Source: the human T2T-CHM13v2.0 reference genome, Homo sapiens
Assembly: GCF_009914755.1 (NCBI RefSeq)
Contig: NC_060937.1
Length of the DNA stretch: 64,000 bases
Direction: 5' to 3' (one strand)
The translations under genes were made by a program, and so were the position numbers. Positions 16,101 through 29,900 of this stretch are shown here, piece after piece. Under the pieces are notes generated by a model. That model was not told where the DNA came from and did not search any database. It saw only the letters and a list, made by a program, of their open reading frames with translations. Position 1 is the stretch's first letter. Every line of letters begins with the position of its first letter.

Positions 16101-17214
16101 GTGCCACCATAGAAACCTGAACAAGGACGGACTCAGGAGGAGGATGTGGTCAGGAATGTTTGGGCTGGATCTCTGAGTTGTCTGGTCCCGCAGCCCAGGA
16201 TGCAGCCCTTCTCCCTAAAAGGCCCAGGGGCAAACCTCCCCTCTGAGGCCACAGCTTCATTCACTCTGGCCTCACCTGCTGGCCCACCTCACTAGGCTCA
16301 CCAGGCAAACCTGCCACCACAGCATGTCCTATAAATTTTAGGTACAGAGCAAATGCTAAACTAAAAAGCACGAGCACAGAAACCATTAACAATATACTGG
16401 TGATCTCATAATGCCACTGCGGAGATTTCCCAAATAAATAATTTCCTTTCCGACCACCAAGTATCATCATCATACAAACACAAGAAGTTTCCACTTACTT
16501 CCGGCCATTCCCCCTCAGATTTACATTCCCGTCGTGACATGGGACCTCGCTGCATTTCAATGCATTACTTAATCAAATGGTTCGCTGGTTGACCCCGGCG
16601 GGTCTTCAAGTTGGGATTATTTATGGATATGGTTTCTTGCATGGGGTCACTGTGGGGCCTAATCTACATATGTCTCTCAAGAGCTGGGAAGTTATTTGCA
16701 TTAAGAACTCCAAGGTTTCTTGGGAGGACCTATAAAAGGGATGCAGAGTAGCTTATGGGCATTTTCTCTACATTTAGGGCGCAGGTGCCCAAAGGGAGAC
16801 TCTAGCAAAACAGCCAAGAGAGCATGCTGGGAAAGCAAGCCCCCACCACAACTCAAGAGGGAGCCAGTCCACACTAGCCCTGCTTCCTGGGGCCACTCAG
16901 TTGCTACAGACTCCTCACTCCCTGGAGGCCTTTCCTGAAGAGGAGTGTAGACTTGTGAGCCAGACTGCAAGAGCAATTGTCTTCCACTACAGTTAGTTAA
17001 CAACATTCCTAAAGCACATCCTGGGGCAGGAGGTGTGAGCCGAGACCAGCCACTGTGATCTTTACTCTCAAAAGCTCTTCAGTCCTGTGAATAATGAAAG
17101 ACACCAACCAGGGCTGCGATTGGGTCTTTATGTTACTGTTTGGTATCTGGGTCTTTATGTTACTGTTTGGTATCTTCCCGGTATCTTCCCCGTGGCTTAA
17201 GCCTTCCAGCATTA

Positions 17215-19215
17215 GGAAATGTCCCTCCTTTGTCTCTAGTAACTTGCTCTGAAGTCTGCTTTATCAGATAAGAATATAGACACTCCTGCATTTTTTAAAA
17301 TTAATGTTTGCATGGTATATCTTTTTCTATCCCTTTACCTATGTTGTTGTATTTGAAGTAGACTGCATAGGTTGAATCATGCTTTTTTAATCCACTCAGT
17401 CAATTTCTGTCTTTTAATTGGTATATTTAGACCATTTATATCTAAGGTAATTGTTGATGTCTTAGGGTTTAAATCTGCCATTTTATTGTTTTCTATTGTT
17501 TCTTTTGTTTCTAATTCCTCCATTTCTCTTATCTTCCAATGGGTTACTTGAGTATTTTTTAGGATTTCATCTGATGTACAGTCATGTGTCACTTAACATT
17601 GGGAATACATTCTGATAAATGTGACATTAGGTAATTTTGTCATTTTGTGAACATCAAAAGTGTCCTCACATAAACCTAGGTGGCATAGCCTACTACACAC
17701 CTAGGCTGTATGGTATAGCCTATTGCTCCTAGGCTACAAACTTGTACAGCATGGTGCTGTACTGAATATTGCAGGCAACCGTAACATAATGGTAAGCATT
17801 TGTGGATCTAAACATATCAAATATTAAAAAGGTACAGTAAAAATATAGTATATAAGATTAAAAAATGGTACACCTGTATCAGGCACTTACCGTGAATGGG
17901 GTCTGTAGGACTGAAAGTTGCTGTGGATGTGAGTGAGTGGTGAGTGAATGTGAAGGCCTAGGACATTACTGTCCACTTTTTGTTGTAGTATGGTACAATT
18001 TTTATAAACACTAGACACAGACTGCACTAAATTTACTTAAAAAAATTTTCTTCAACAATAAATTAACCTTAGCTTGATATAAAGTTTTCAACTTTATCCT
18101 TCAATGTTTTTAACTTTTTGACTTTTATAGTAACAGCTTAAAACACACACCCATTGTATAACAGTATAAAATATTTTCTTTCTAGAAGATATATAGAATA
18201 AGATGTAAATCTTAAATTCTATCAGATTTTTCTATTTTTACATTTATATATATATATTCTTTTTACTTTTTAAATGACTGACAGCACAATAGGTTTGTTC
18301 ACACCAGCATCACCACAAATACATGACCAATGCGCCACGCTATGAAGTTACAGTGGCTACATCATTACTAGGAAATAGAAGATTTTCAGCTCCATTATAA
18401 TGTTATGGGCCACCATTGTAGATGTGATCCATCACTGACTGAAACATCATTATGTGGCACATGACTTGTATTTACAGTGTTTTCAAGTATCTTGTTTTGC
18501 ACCATTTTCTTAGTGGTTGCTATAGATATTACAAGATACACACATAGCTTATCACAGTCTACTGGTATTGAAGTTTACCACTTGACTGAAGAATAGAAAC
18601 CTTACTTCCATTCTTGTCCCTTTACTTTCCCTGCTTTTTAGATATAATTGTCTCAAGTATTTTCTATACCTATACTGAACACCACATTAGATGGTGCTAA
18701 AATTTCTGCTTCAACCATCAAATATGATTTAAGGAACTCACGAGAAGTAGGATAGCCTATTTTCTCCTATTTTTACCCACTCTGATATCCTTTCTTCCTT
18801 TTTGAAGTTCCAGGCCTTCTTCTGTTATTATTTCCCTTATGTATAAAACTTCCTTTAGTCATTCTTAAAAAATAGGTCTGCTAACAACAAATTCTCTTAG
18901 TTTTTGTCTGATAATGTTCTTTATTTCCCCTTCATTCTTGAAAGATGTTTTCCCTTGATAGAGAATTTGCAGTTGGCAGCTCTTTTAATACTTAAAAAAT
19001 GTTGCCCAGTTCCTTCTGGCCAGATGAGAAATCCACTGTCATTTGAACTGGTGTTCCACTACAAGTAATGACTGTTTCTTTCTGGGCACCTTCAAGAATT
19101 TTTTTTTGTCTTTAACTTTTGAAGTTTAATTATGATGTATCTTAGTATGAGTTTCACAGCATTTTGGTTTAACCCTTTTGGGTTTCACTCAGTCTCTTAA
19201 ATCTGTAAATTTATG
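17215..19215 (-). mobile_element. Old L1M fragment, interrupted by Tigger3
   Basis: Minus-strand translation TITLDINGLNIPIKRQKLTEWIKK is the start of the L1 ORF2 endonuclease. Confidence 0.75.
17579..18468. mobile_element. Tigger3/MER7-family non-autonomous DNA transposon
   Basis: Termini TA|cagtcatgtgtcacttaac ... tatgtggcacatgacttg|TA (inverted repeats with TA duplication); internal cctactacacacctaggct motif. Confidence 0.85.
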
Positions 19216-19679
19216 GCTCAACCCCACAGATACCTTCCCAGCAAAAATAGGGCAGGGCATAAACTCACCTTGCCCCCTTACCTCCAAGGGTGTGGGCTGT
19301 TTCCCCCCTGGGCCCCACTGACACCTAGGAAGGGGAAGGGAAATCAGAATCAGCTAGTGCCACCTCCTACTTCATTCTGCCTCTTTAATACCAGGTGTGA
19401 GGCTCTGCTAGCCACTGGACTTCATTCCACATGATCCTAATGGGGAAATAAGAGCACCATCTGCTTCCACAGAGCAGAGGATGGAAGTCTAACTACCCAT
19501 TCAGCCCACAGAAAGCACCCAGCAGGTGCTCCCAGCACCATGTCAGAGACAAGAGATGAGGGATCTGCTTAGCCCTATTGAGTAGGTTAATTCAAGTGCT
19601 ATTACCTACTCTGGCAGGGCAGGAAGGCTGTGGTACATCATCTCCCAGCTCAGCCCTGCTGAAATTCCAGGCTAAGGCA

Positions 19680-20051
19680 TATATTAGTCCATTTTTCATG
19701 CTGCTGATAAAGACATACCCAAGACTGGGCAATTTACAAAAGTAAAAGGTTTAACAGACTTACAGTTCCACGTGGCTGGGGAGGCCTCACAATCATGGTG
19801 GAAGGCAAGGAGGAACAAGTCACATCTTACATGGATGGCAGCAGGCAAAGAGAGAGAGCTTGTGCAGGGAAACTCCCATTTTTAAAACCATCAGATCTCA
19901 TGAGACTTATTCACTATCATGAGAACAGTATGGGAGAAAGTGCCCCTATGATTCAATTATCTCCCACCAGGTCTCTCCCACAACTCATGGGAATTATGGG
20001 AATACAATTCAAGATGAGATTTGGGTGGGGACACAGAGCCAAACCATATCG
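19680..20051 (-). mobile_element. THE1 (B/C-like) solo LTR
   Basis: tattagtccatttttcatgctgctgataaagacataccc...tttgggtggggacacagagccaaaccatatc. Confidence 0.9.
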
Positions 20052-23000
20052 GGGGGATGTAGTTTTTCCATTGGTATTTAGCTTAAGGGGGACAGATATT
20101 GCCAGAAATGTGTTCTGCTGTTAGGTCACCCATTTCTCAGTGTTTGGGGTATGGGGCACAGGCTTTTCTTGGAGATTTTTGTTGGCAGCTCTGGGTTGAA
20201 GCCTTATGTTGGATCCCTGTCTGGAATATACAGGAAGCAATAAAAAAAACCTGGGGGACCCACCACTGTGTTTCTCCTCCAGTTCTGAGGACACTGAGAA
20301 GTCTGCCATGTTTTTTCTGCCCTTTAGGATCTTTTTATGCTTTCTTGTTGTGTCATGTCCAGGGTCTTTAGTTGCAAGAGGAAGGAGCTGGGAGGAATAG
20401 GGCTACTTCACCTTGGTTGGAATCAAAAGTCTGATTATAGTTGGCATGTTTAGGAGAGGTCATATATGTGCCATCAGACCTGCAAATGAGACTAACAAAT
20501 GCGCCATCAGACCTGCAGTTTCCTTTGGGGTTACAAGGCAATCACAATGTTTCCTCATAACCAAATGGGGTGGAAAAGTAGCTGAGAGAAAGAGCCGGTG
20601 AGTTTGCCAAAAGGTTGCTGTGACATGGAAGAAAAAGTTTTTATTGCTTTAAACATAATGCCTTTCCCACAAATTAAAATTAAGTAATGATCCAGGAACC
20701 TTGTACATTAAGCCAGTTTTCAAAACATAAACTACAAACTTTATAGAGCACAGCTCACTTTCCCATGTTGGGTGAATACATTTGGTTATTATTTCTTACT
20801 CACTAGGCTTTCCAAGGTGCTTACAAGAAAAACACCATAAGGACCATAAGTAAGCCAACATTTCTAGATTCTAAGTTCTAACATTTCTCAACGGTGGCTT
20901 TTTAAGACACTGTCTTTGAAGGCCCTTATGAAGCGTAACACACACAAGGTGCTGTGGTTGCAGCCAAGCATGCTGGAGCAGCATGCGTGGTTAATTTAAA
21001 TGGGATTTTTGGGAAATATAGTGTGAAGGAACCAAATCAGTAAGATGACCATTGAAAGGAAGACTTTGATATGTTTCAAGGAACAGTGACTTTTGTCCCC
21101 AGTTTCTGACATTTTTTTAACAAGAAGTTTTTAAACATCGGTTTCTGAAGCAGAGCTGGAAATCTCTAAGCAGCCACAGTTCTTTGGTTGTGTCACATGG
21201 TAACTACAGGCTGTCTGCACTTTTTTGTTTAATCCTACCAGGAAATCTTTTTTCTTTTAAACTAGTTCAAAGCAGAGGATTTAATGGCCGTTTATCTGTA
21301 GGGAGAATTTTGAGAGGCCACTTTTTCAAATGGTGTCATGAGTCATGGTCAATGATGTGATTCTGCTTTAGCAGGTTATGAATGGGGCTGCTTTATTAAC
21401 AAGCCAGAGCGGGGGCACCGGAGTCTACGTCAGTCTCATAGAAAAGGCATCTTTCAGGTACTTCTCTTCTGGGCATGACTTTGAAGCAAGAATAACCGTT
21501 CTGGCCCTTTGTTTGATTAAATGGCTTTGGGAACTGTGTTTCCGATCTCTGTGACAGGCTTATATCGCTTCAGTGGCTGTGGATTAGACAAAGGGTGTTG
21601 TGTGTGTGTGTGTGTGTGAAGGAGTTTGTGTGCAGTAGCAGGGAGGTCAAGGCAAGTTTTTTAAGAAATGAAATATATGAGGTACCATATGCGGGAGCAA
21701 CCTTAGAATGCCAGGTGTGCCTGCATCAGGATCTAATGTGCAGTTACCATGGAGACCAGAGCTCCCTCAGTGCTGCAGGGCCTCTGTTTTCCCGCCCCTG
21801 AGGAGCCTGCTTGTCTAACAGGAAAAGGTGCTTTAACATACAGAATAATTAAGCCTTGAAGGCAAGCCTTCAGCAATTTCCAATTTGTTTTTCCCTGATC
21901 CACCCTAGAGTTTTTCCCCTGTACTCATAGCTCTTATGTGAACCAATGCCTTGTTGAAATGATAATAGTGACATTTATTAAGATGATACTTTGTGTTATA
22001 CATACCATATCTACCCTCTGGAGTCAGTGTTTTATCCACATTTATGAGAAAATCAGCACTTCAAAAAAATGAGATTTCTCCAAAGCCGTAAATCTCTGTC
22101 CCAGTCAAAACCTGAACCCAGACCCATCTTGCTTCAGCCTGTGCACCAACTTCCTGCTAATGTGTGATGATGGTCATTACATTGGGAGTATGTCTTTACA
22201 AAGGATCACCCAGCTTTGTCCTATTTCGGCTTTTATAACTACATTCACACTAAAATCAGAGATGGGAACAGACTAAGAACTGAGAAGCATAAGAAAAAAA
22301 TAGGATGTGAAGTTCCTGAAGCCTTTAGAATAATAGGTAGTGATTTATTCATCGGACACGCCACACCACGCTGAGGATGAATGGCTAAGATTTACTAAGC
22401 ATCTGTATGTGTCACTCATTCTTTCAACAAACATGTATTGAGGTCTACTTATGCCAAACATTGTTCTAAGTCCCGTGGGTACAGCAGTGAAGAAAATGAA
22501 GTAGAAATCTGTACCCATGAGGACTCCCTGCTCCGAGCCTGTGCAGGCACCATGGCCCTGGGAACTTAGAAAGGGGTAAAATGTGGTCCTTATCCTAGAG
22601 AAGTTTTCCGTTTATGGTCCAAGACAGACACACAAGTAACCTAACTGTACGGCCCTGTGGCAAGTGCTGGACTCAGGGAAAGCATAAAGTGCTGTGAGTG
22701 TGGGTTACTGGGTGGGCCTGGGTGTTCCAGGGTTCTTCTCGCTCGCCTTTTAGATGATTAGAGCCTTCAAGAGACCTTGAAAGGTCCTACAGGTCCTCTG
22801 GGATCCTCCTGATCAACTTCTGGGAAGCTGGAATCCTCCCAGTGATGCATATGGGAGCCGGCCTTTAGCACGTAATGGCTAGTATACTGGGTCTCCCTAT
22901 CTTATGCATCAGGCAATTGATAAGTGTAGGATTTTATATTTGTTCCTAACTCATTTCATTTTGCTCATTTCAGCTCTTTCTTCCATCCTACTGAGTCCTT

Positions 23001-23970
23001 ATCCTAAATGTAAATCTGTACGTCCCAGCTTTGGGTCATCTGGAAGTTTGACATCTTCATCTTCACCTTCAATTAAAACACTTGGAGAACGGGGTCAAAT
23101 ACAAGGCTCTGTAACATGGAATTGAAGTCTTTTTTCTCGTTCAGAATAGGTCCATTAACTAATATCCTTTGATGCCATCATTCAACCAGTCAAGAACCCA
23201 CCTATCATCTAAGTTGCATTTCTCTACCTGTCCACAAAGACATCACTGGAGGTGTTACCAAGTGCCTTGGCAAAGAACTTTCTTCTGTCCCCAAAGAAAC
23301 ACATACTCCTATTCTGGTAAAGGGCTGGGAAGATGGAAATTGATTTGAAATCAAAATGTGAAGTGAGACTACCCAACTACCTGGCTCTGGCCATGCCAGC
23401 AAACTCAGAATTTTTGTTTACGCTTGGGCTTTATTGCATGGTGCCAAACTGTCAAACACAAATAATATGTTAGCAGACAACTGTCCCCATTTGTTTTCTT
23501 AATTTGTGGGCAGACAGACATGGTATCAGGGCAACACACGGAGTTCAGCATTAGAAATTAAATAAAATGTACAGCAAAGTAATTAATACATTTTAATGAT
23601 ATGCACTGTCATGGTAGTGCTACATGGAAATTAAATAGGAATGAGACATTCACAAAAATTGAAATAATTTCCCTACACAGACAAAAATCCCTGGGGTAGA
23701 CTTGAATAAAAAGAGGTCTGAAAAGAAGGAAGATGGGACACAGGGGAGGGAATTAGGGCCAGGTTTAGGGGTAACTTCTCCCCTTTTTTAAACCAAGAAA
23801 TTCCAAGGATTATAGTGTATCTTTGTCCAAGTGTTTCCAATCCCTGGAAGTGGCTGAATTTACAAGCTAGAAATTTGGGCAGGGATCACAGAATCTAAGA
23901 ATACTTGTTCAATTTAAGAGAAAATAAACTAAAGAATTAGCTCCTGGGAAACCGATTCTAGTATTATTAA

Positions 23971-24777
<807 letters not shown>

Positions 24778-25146
24778 AAGCATGTGTATTTTTTAAAGCT
24801 CCCCAAGTTGTTCTAATAATCCCCCTGGTTGAAAACCATTATGTGTATAGATTTTGTACATAGAGATAGTTAGAAATTGCAGCCAGAGAGAGAAAAGATT
24901 GGGGAAGTCAAAATGACTTATGTACGTAGGATACATAAAATGCTAGAATCTCAAAATGCATAATAAAGTTTAATCAGATTGCTTTCCTAACACCCATCAC
25001 TTAGGGAAAATGTGAGCAAGTTTTCCTTCTGAAACTGACCACTCAGGTTGTGTTTTATTTCTCTCCCAGAAAGGGGTAAGATATCAGGAACAATTGAGCA
25101 TTTTATTTTCCAATTGGGAAAGTAGCAATTCTTCTCTAACATTTTA

Positions 25147-25590
<444 letters not shown>

Positions 25591-25779
25591 CTAGATAAGA
25601 TCTCTAAATGTCCACCCAACCCTAAAGCTTTCCGACTTTCCAATTCTGAAACTCCCAAATAAGAAAAAATGTAAATGAAAAACAGGAATTCAAACTGAAT
25701 AGCCCAGTCAACCAGAGTGGTGGGCAATTGGCTGGCTGTGAGGTGCACAGGAGCCGGATGCCCCAGAGTAGAGCGTGTT

Positions 25780-26190
25780 ATTGTTCTCAACCACACAGTC
25801 TCCCTCCCTGGTAGAGGATGGCACATCACCCACTGCCATGGGAAGCCTTGCAAAGAGAGTAACATTTCCTGGTTCTAATGACAGGAAGTTTGGCTGTATG
25901 ACTTGTTTTGGCCAATGGAACCCGAGCAGAAGTGACATATGGCACATCGAAGAGAAGTCTTAGAGCCCCTGAATGTTGCTGAGCCCTCTTGCTCTTTTTC
26001 CTATGCCACCAGAATAGAGATTACTGAAGACATCCTGGTTCTCAAAATGAGATGATGCGCAGAGCAAAATCACAGCCATAGCAGAACTGCAGGTGACATA
26101 TGTATGTGAACAAGAAATACCTTTTTCATTCAAACCACTGGGATCTTGGGGTTATTTGATTAGCTCAGTCTTACTTAGAGGAAGCTGGCT
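25780..26190 (+). mobile_element. Old MLT1-type LTR
   Basis: tgacttgttttggccaatggaa...gcagaagtgaca...aaaccactgggatcttggggttatttg. Confidence 0.6.
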
Positions 26191-27403
26191 GACTCATCAC
26201 CCTTCACTGGGCATATGTGATACAAAGAATGACAGGGATGGCTTGACCGACACACACCCTCAGAATGAGAGCTCCTGGCAGCAGAAGCCTTGCCATTTCA
26301 AAAGAACCATGGACACCAATGATACACAACTATCCAAATATGTAGTGCCAGCTGCTTCCCACAGGAATTTGGGGCTGGCATGACACAGTTGTCATGGCCA
26401 TGCCCCTCATTCACCATATCTCCAGTTAGAATTCAATCGGCCAAAGGAGGACTCTGGACTCATCATCTGGAAAACCCAGGCCACTCCTTAATTACTGAAT
26501 CCTCTAAGTTGCAGACTTTGGTCCTATCCCTGGAGCCAAGTCATGTGACCTTGAATCTCAATTCGGAGAGGTCATCGCCATGGGCCAGACTGTGTTCATA
26601 TTTCTTGTGGTTGCTGCTCTGAATCAAAACACAAGTCATTTAAAAATTTCTCCCAGAACAAATGAACTCTCTAGCTCAGTCTGAGAAACACTGGAGTCAA
26701 TAATCTGTAATAGAGGAATCTGAAAGCATTACCTAATCTGGACATAATTTTCCTCACCATTTCACAGGTGGGTACCATATCTACCGGCAACACACATCAA
26801 CCTGATGCAGCAAATTAGGGCAGGAAAAAAAGAGATGAATTTTCCAAGTGAAATGCCAGGACAATTTAGGTAAGACGAACATGGTTAGTCTTACCTAAAC
26901 CTGCCCCTGTTTATCAGTCTTTGTCCAGAGAGCAATGTGCCTGTGACTTTAAGAGAAAAAATCCCAGAGAACTAATTAGATTTACAGTCTGTGAACACAG
27001 TCAAAATAAAAAGCTCAAATCTATTTTTTTCTCACACAGCCTGAGGGCAATAGCCAAAAGAAATTACTATTAAGTGTGAGTAATGCAAAACACATTGTGC
27101 GAATTTCAATCTGAGATGTGTGAATCTAATATACAACTGCAAATTAGGAAGCACCTTTTGAGTTTCAAAATAGGCTCAGTTCACAAGTGGAACAAATTCT
27201 ACCTCATAGACAACTTCAAGATGGGCTAAGACCAGATGTGGGCCTGGAAAAATGGAGGGAAATGTAGCACTGAAAAGATATTGTGACCGGCAGCTGTATC
27301 ATCATCCACGGCAGGTAAATATTAAAGCACTGAGAGGAATGCTTTTGCCAAGTCAGCATGGCTGCAGGACCTGCTGCTGTGGGGCAGCCACCTTCCCTCT
27401 TGA

Positions 27404-27769
<366 letters not shown>

Positions 27770-29664
27770 TCAATATAAGGCACCTTCAAGCTACAAAATA
27801 TGAAAGAAAATTGAATTTTGTATGCATCTTGATCATGTCCACAGACTAGACAATGACTTTGCTCCAGATTACTGCTTAGGAGCTGATTTTGAATCCCAGC
27901 TCTGTTGTCATCATGCAGTGAATTCAGTTTTTCCTATCAGTGCTCTTCGGAACTGCTTTGCATACAGGGTCCTAGTGAAGAAAGGAGGTTTTTTTTTTTT
28001 GTATGCTAAGGTTCTCATTTCCCATCGGGGATTTGAGCACCTACAACTTGCAAAACCCTGTGGAGGAGGCAACAATGAGAGCGCTCCTCGTCCTCACAGA
28101 GCTCTCCATCAACAGCTGTCAAAGAAATCATGCTAAGGGGCAAACGCAACTATACAGTAAATCATCCGGAAGGTGGGGACCATCACCCACCCCTGGGTTA
28201 ATATTCCCTCCTTAGCCACCTGGCAAACACCTCTGCTTGCTTCAGCACGTGGCTGACCTCACCTCCTCCAGACCATTTCTCAGGTGCATGCTGTTATAAC
28301 CACACACAGTATCCTATGACTGCTTCATGGCTTTCTCTACCAGGACATGAGTTCCTTGAGGACAGGAGTTGTGTCTCAAATTTGTTGGCATTCAGTAAGT
28401 TGGACTGATATATAGGTGTAAATAATAGGCCTATAGAAATACTTGTATGAGATTCAAATTAGAATAGACAAAAATAAGTCCTCGTGAGAGTCTCCAGACT
28501 CCCTCCCTGTGTAATCTCCCATGGGCTGCACAGAAACTTTCGTTATGAAAGACCTTGGGAAAGTCCCCGTTATGGAACCTGAGACCCTCGGACATTATAT
28601 AATGCTTTTTCTTGTGAAAAGCAAATGAGACTAACAAATCATGACTCTAGTCTGCAATTCTTAAGCAAAGTAAACAAAATCTGTGTGATTTTCTCTAGAA
28701 GGTATGTTTCATAGCTGCAACAGGAAAGACAATGTGTAATGTTTGTAAATCCCCTATTTGAAGTGCCTCTTTATTGAGAAATTATGCTTTGCTTCTATTG
28801 AAAATAGAGACTTTTGATGATTAGTGTGCTAAATGAGGCAAGAGTTCTAATTCAGTGCTACCAGCAACTTCCATTTTTTGGTTCGGGTATTAAAATAGGT
28901 GAGAACAGAACCTCTTCTCCTCCTTCCTCTCCCACCTTTGCTGGAAAAGGTGCCAAATAGCTCTCACAAGCCCTCAGCAAAATGCCTCCATGCGCATATG
29001 TCTACCACGGCCACTAGGTAAGCCATGCCAATCATGGGGCTCAGAGCCTCCTGGATGATTGATGAACTCCACTTCGGAAAAAGTCTGAAGGCAGTGTGGG
29101 TATTGCCTAGATACAGCTCAGACTGTATTTCTCAGGGAATAAAAGGGAAGGGGAATATTTTTGTCCACTACTAGTATCCTAAGACTTCTGTAACACTGCG
29201 ATAAAAGTATCAGAGTATATAGTCTAGTTCAGGGAAGAGAAGGGCCCCTAATTTTGGCAGACCCCAAAACAGCCATTCACTCTTTGAGTCAAAAATGGCT
29301 CACTGAAAGTCAGACTGACCTGTTCACAACGACTGGCAAGCTTAGGAGTATTACCCTCACTGCATCCACTTTTTTCAGAGGGAGCGACAAAGAGCCAGGG
29401 TACACACGTGGACCCGCATTACTTGCAGTGGGGAAAAAAACTCCACAAAAATAAAAAGAGCTAACCTGTGATACGCTGGTAAACTAACTCTTCCAGGGGG
29501 ATAGGGGATAGGTAAAGCCCTGATGTGTAGTGTTTGCCAATTTCCATGTGTGAATCCTCTCACCGCGGCTACAGTTTCAGCTATCAACGGTGGAAAGGCT
29601 TGCGACATTCCTTAACATTCCACAGTTGGCTTTGGGACAGCCTGGTATGTACCAGCCCTCGCAC

Positions 29665-29900
29665 ATCACTGCAGCTAACATTAAGGGTTTGTATGGTGCC
29701 GTGATAAGCACTTTAAATTCAGTATCTCATTTAATCTTCCCAATGGTCCTACAAAGGAAGGTCCTGTTATCATCTCCATTTTGAGGTGAGATAACACAGC
29801 CACAGAGAGGATAAGTAACTTGCCCAAAGTCCCACAGCTTAGAAGTGGTACAGCTGAGGCTAGAATTGTTTTCTGACTGCAGACTTGAAGTTCTCACAAT
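29665..29900 (-). mobile_element. MIR
   Basis: ctcatttaatcttccc...taagtaacttgcccaaagtcccacagct. Confidence 0.75.

Noticed and set aside
20470-20518. 15-bp direct repeat gccatcagacctgca
   Set aside because: An isolated short duplication with no further structure.
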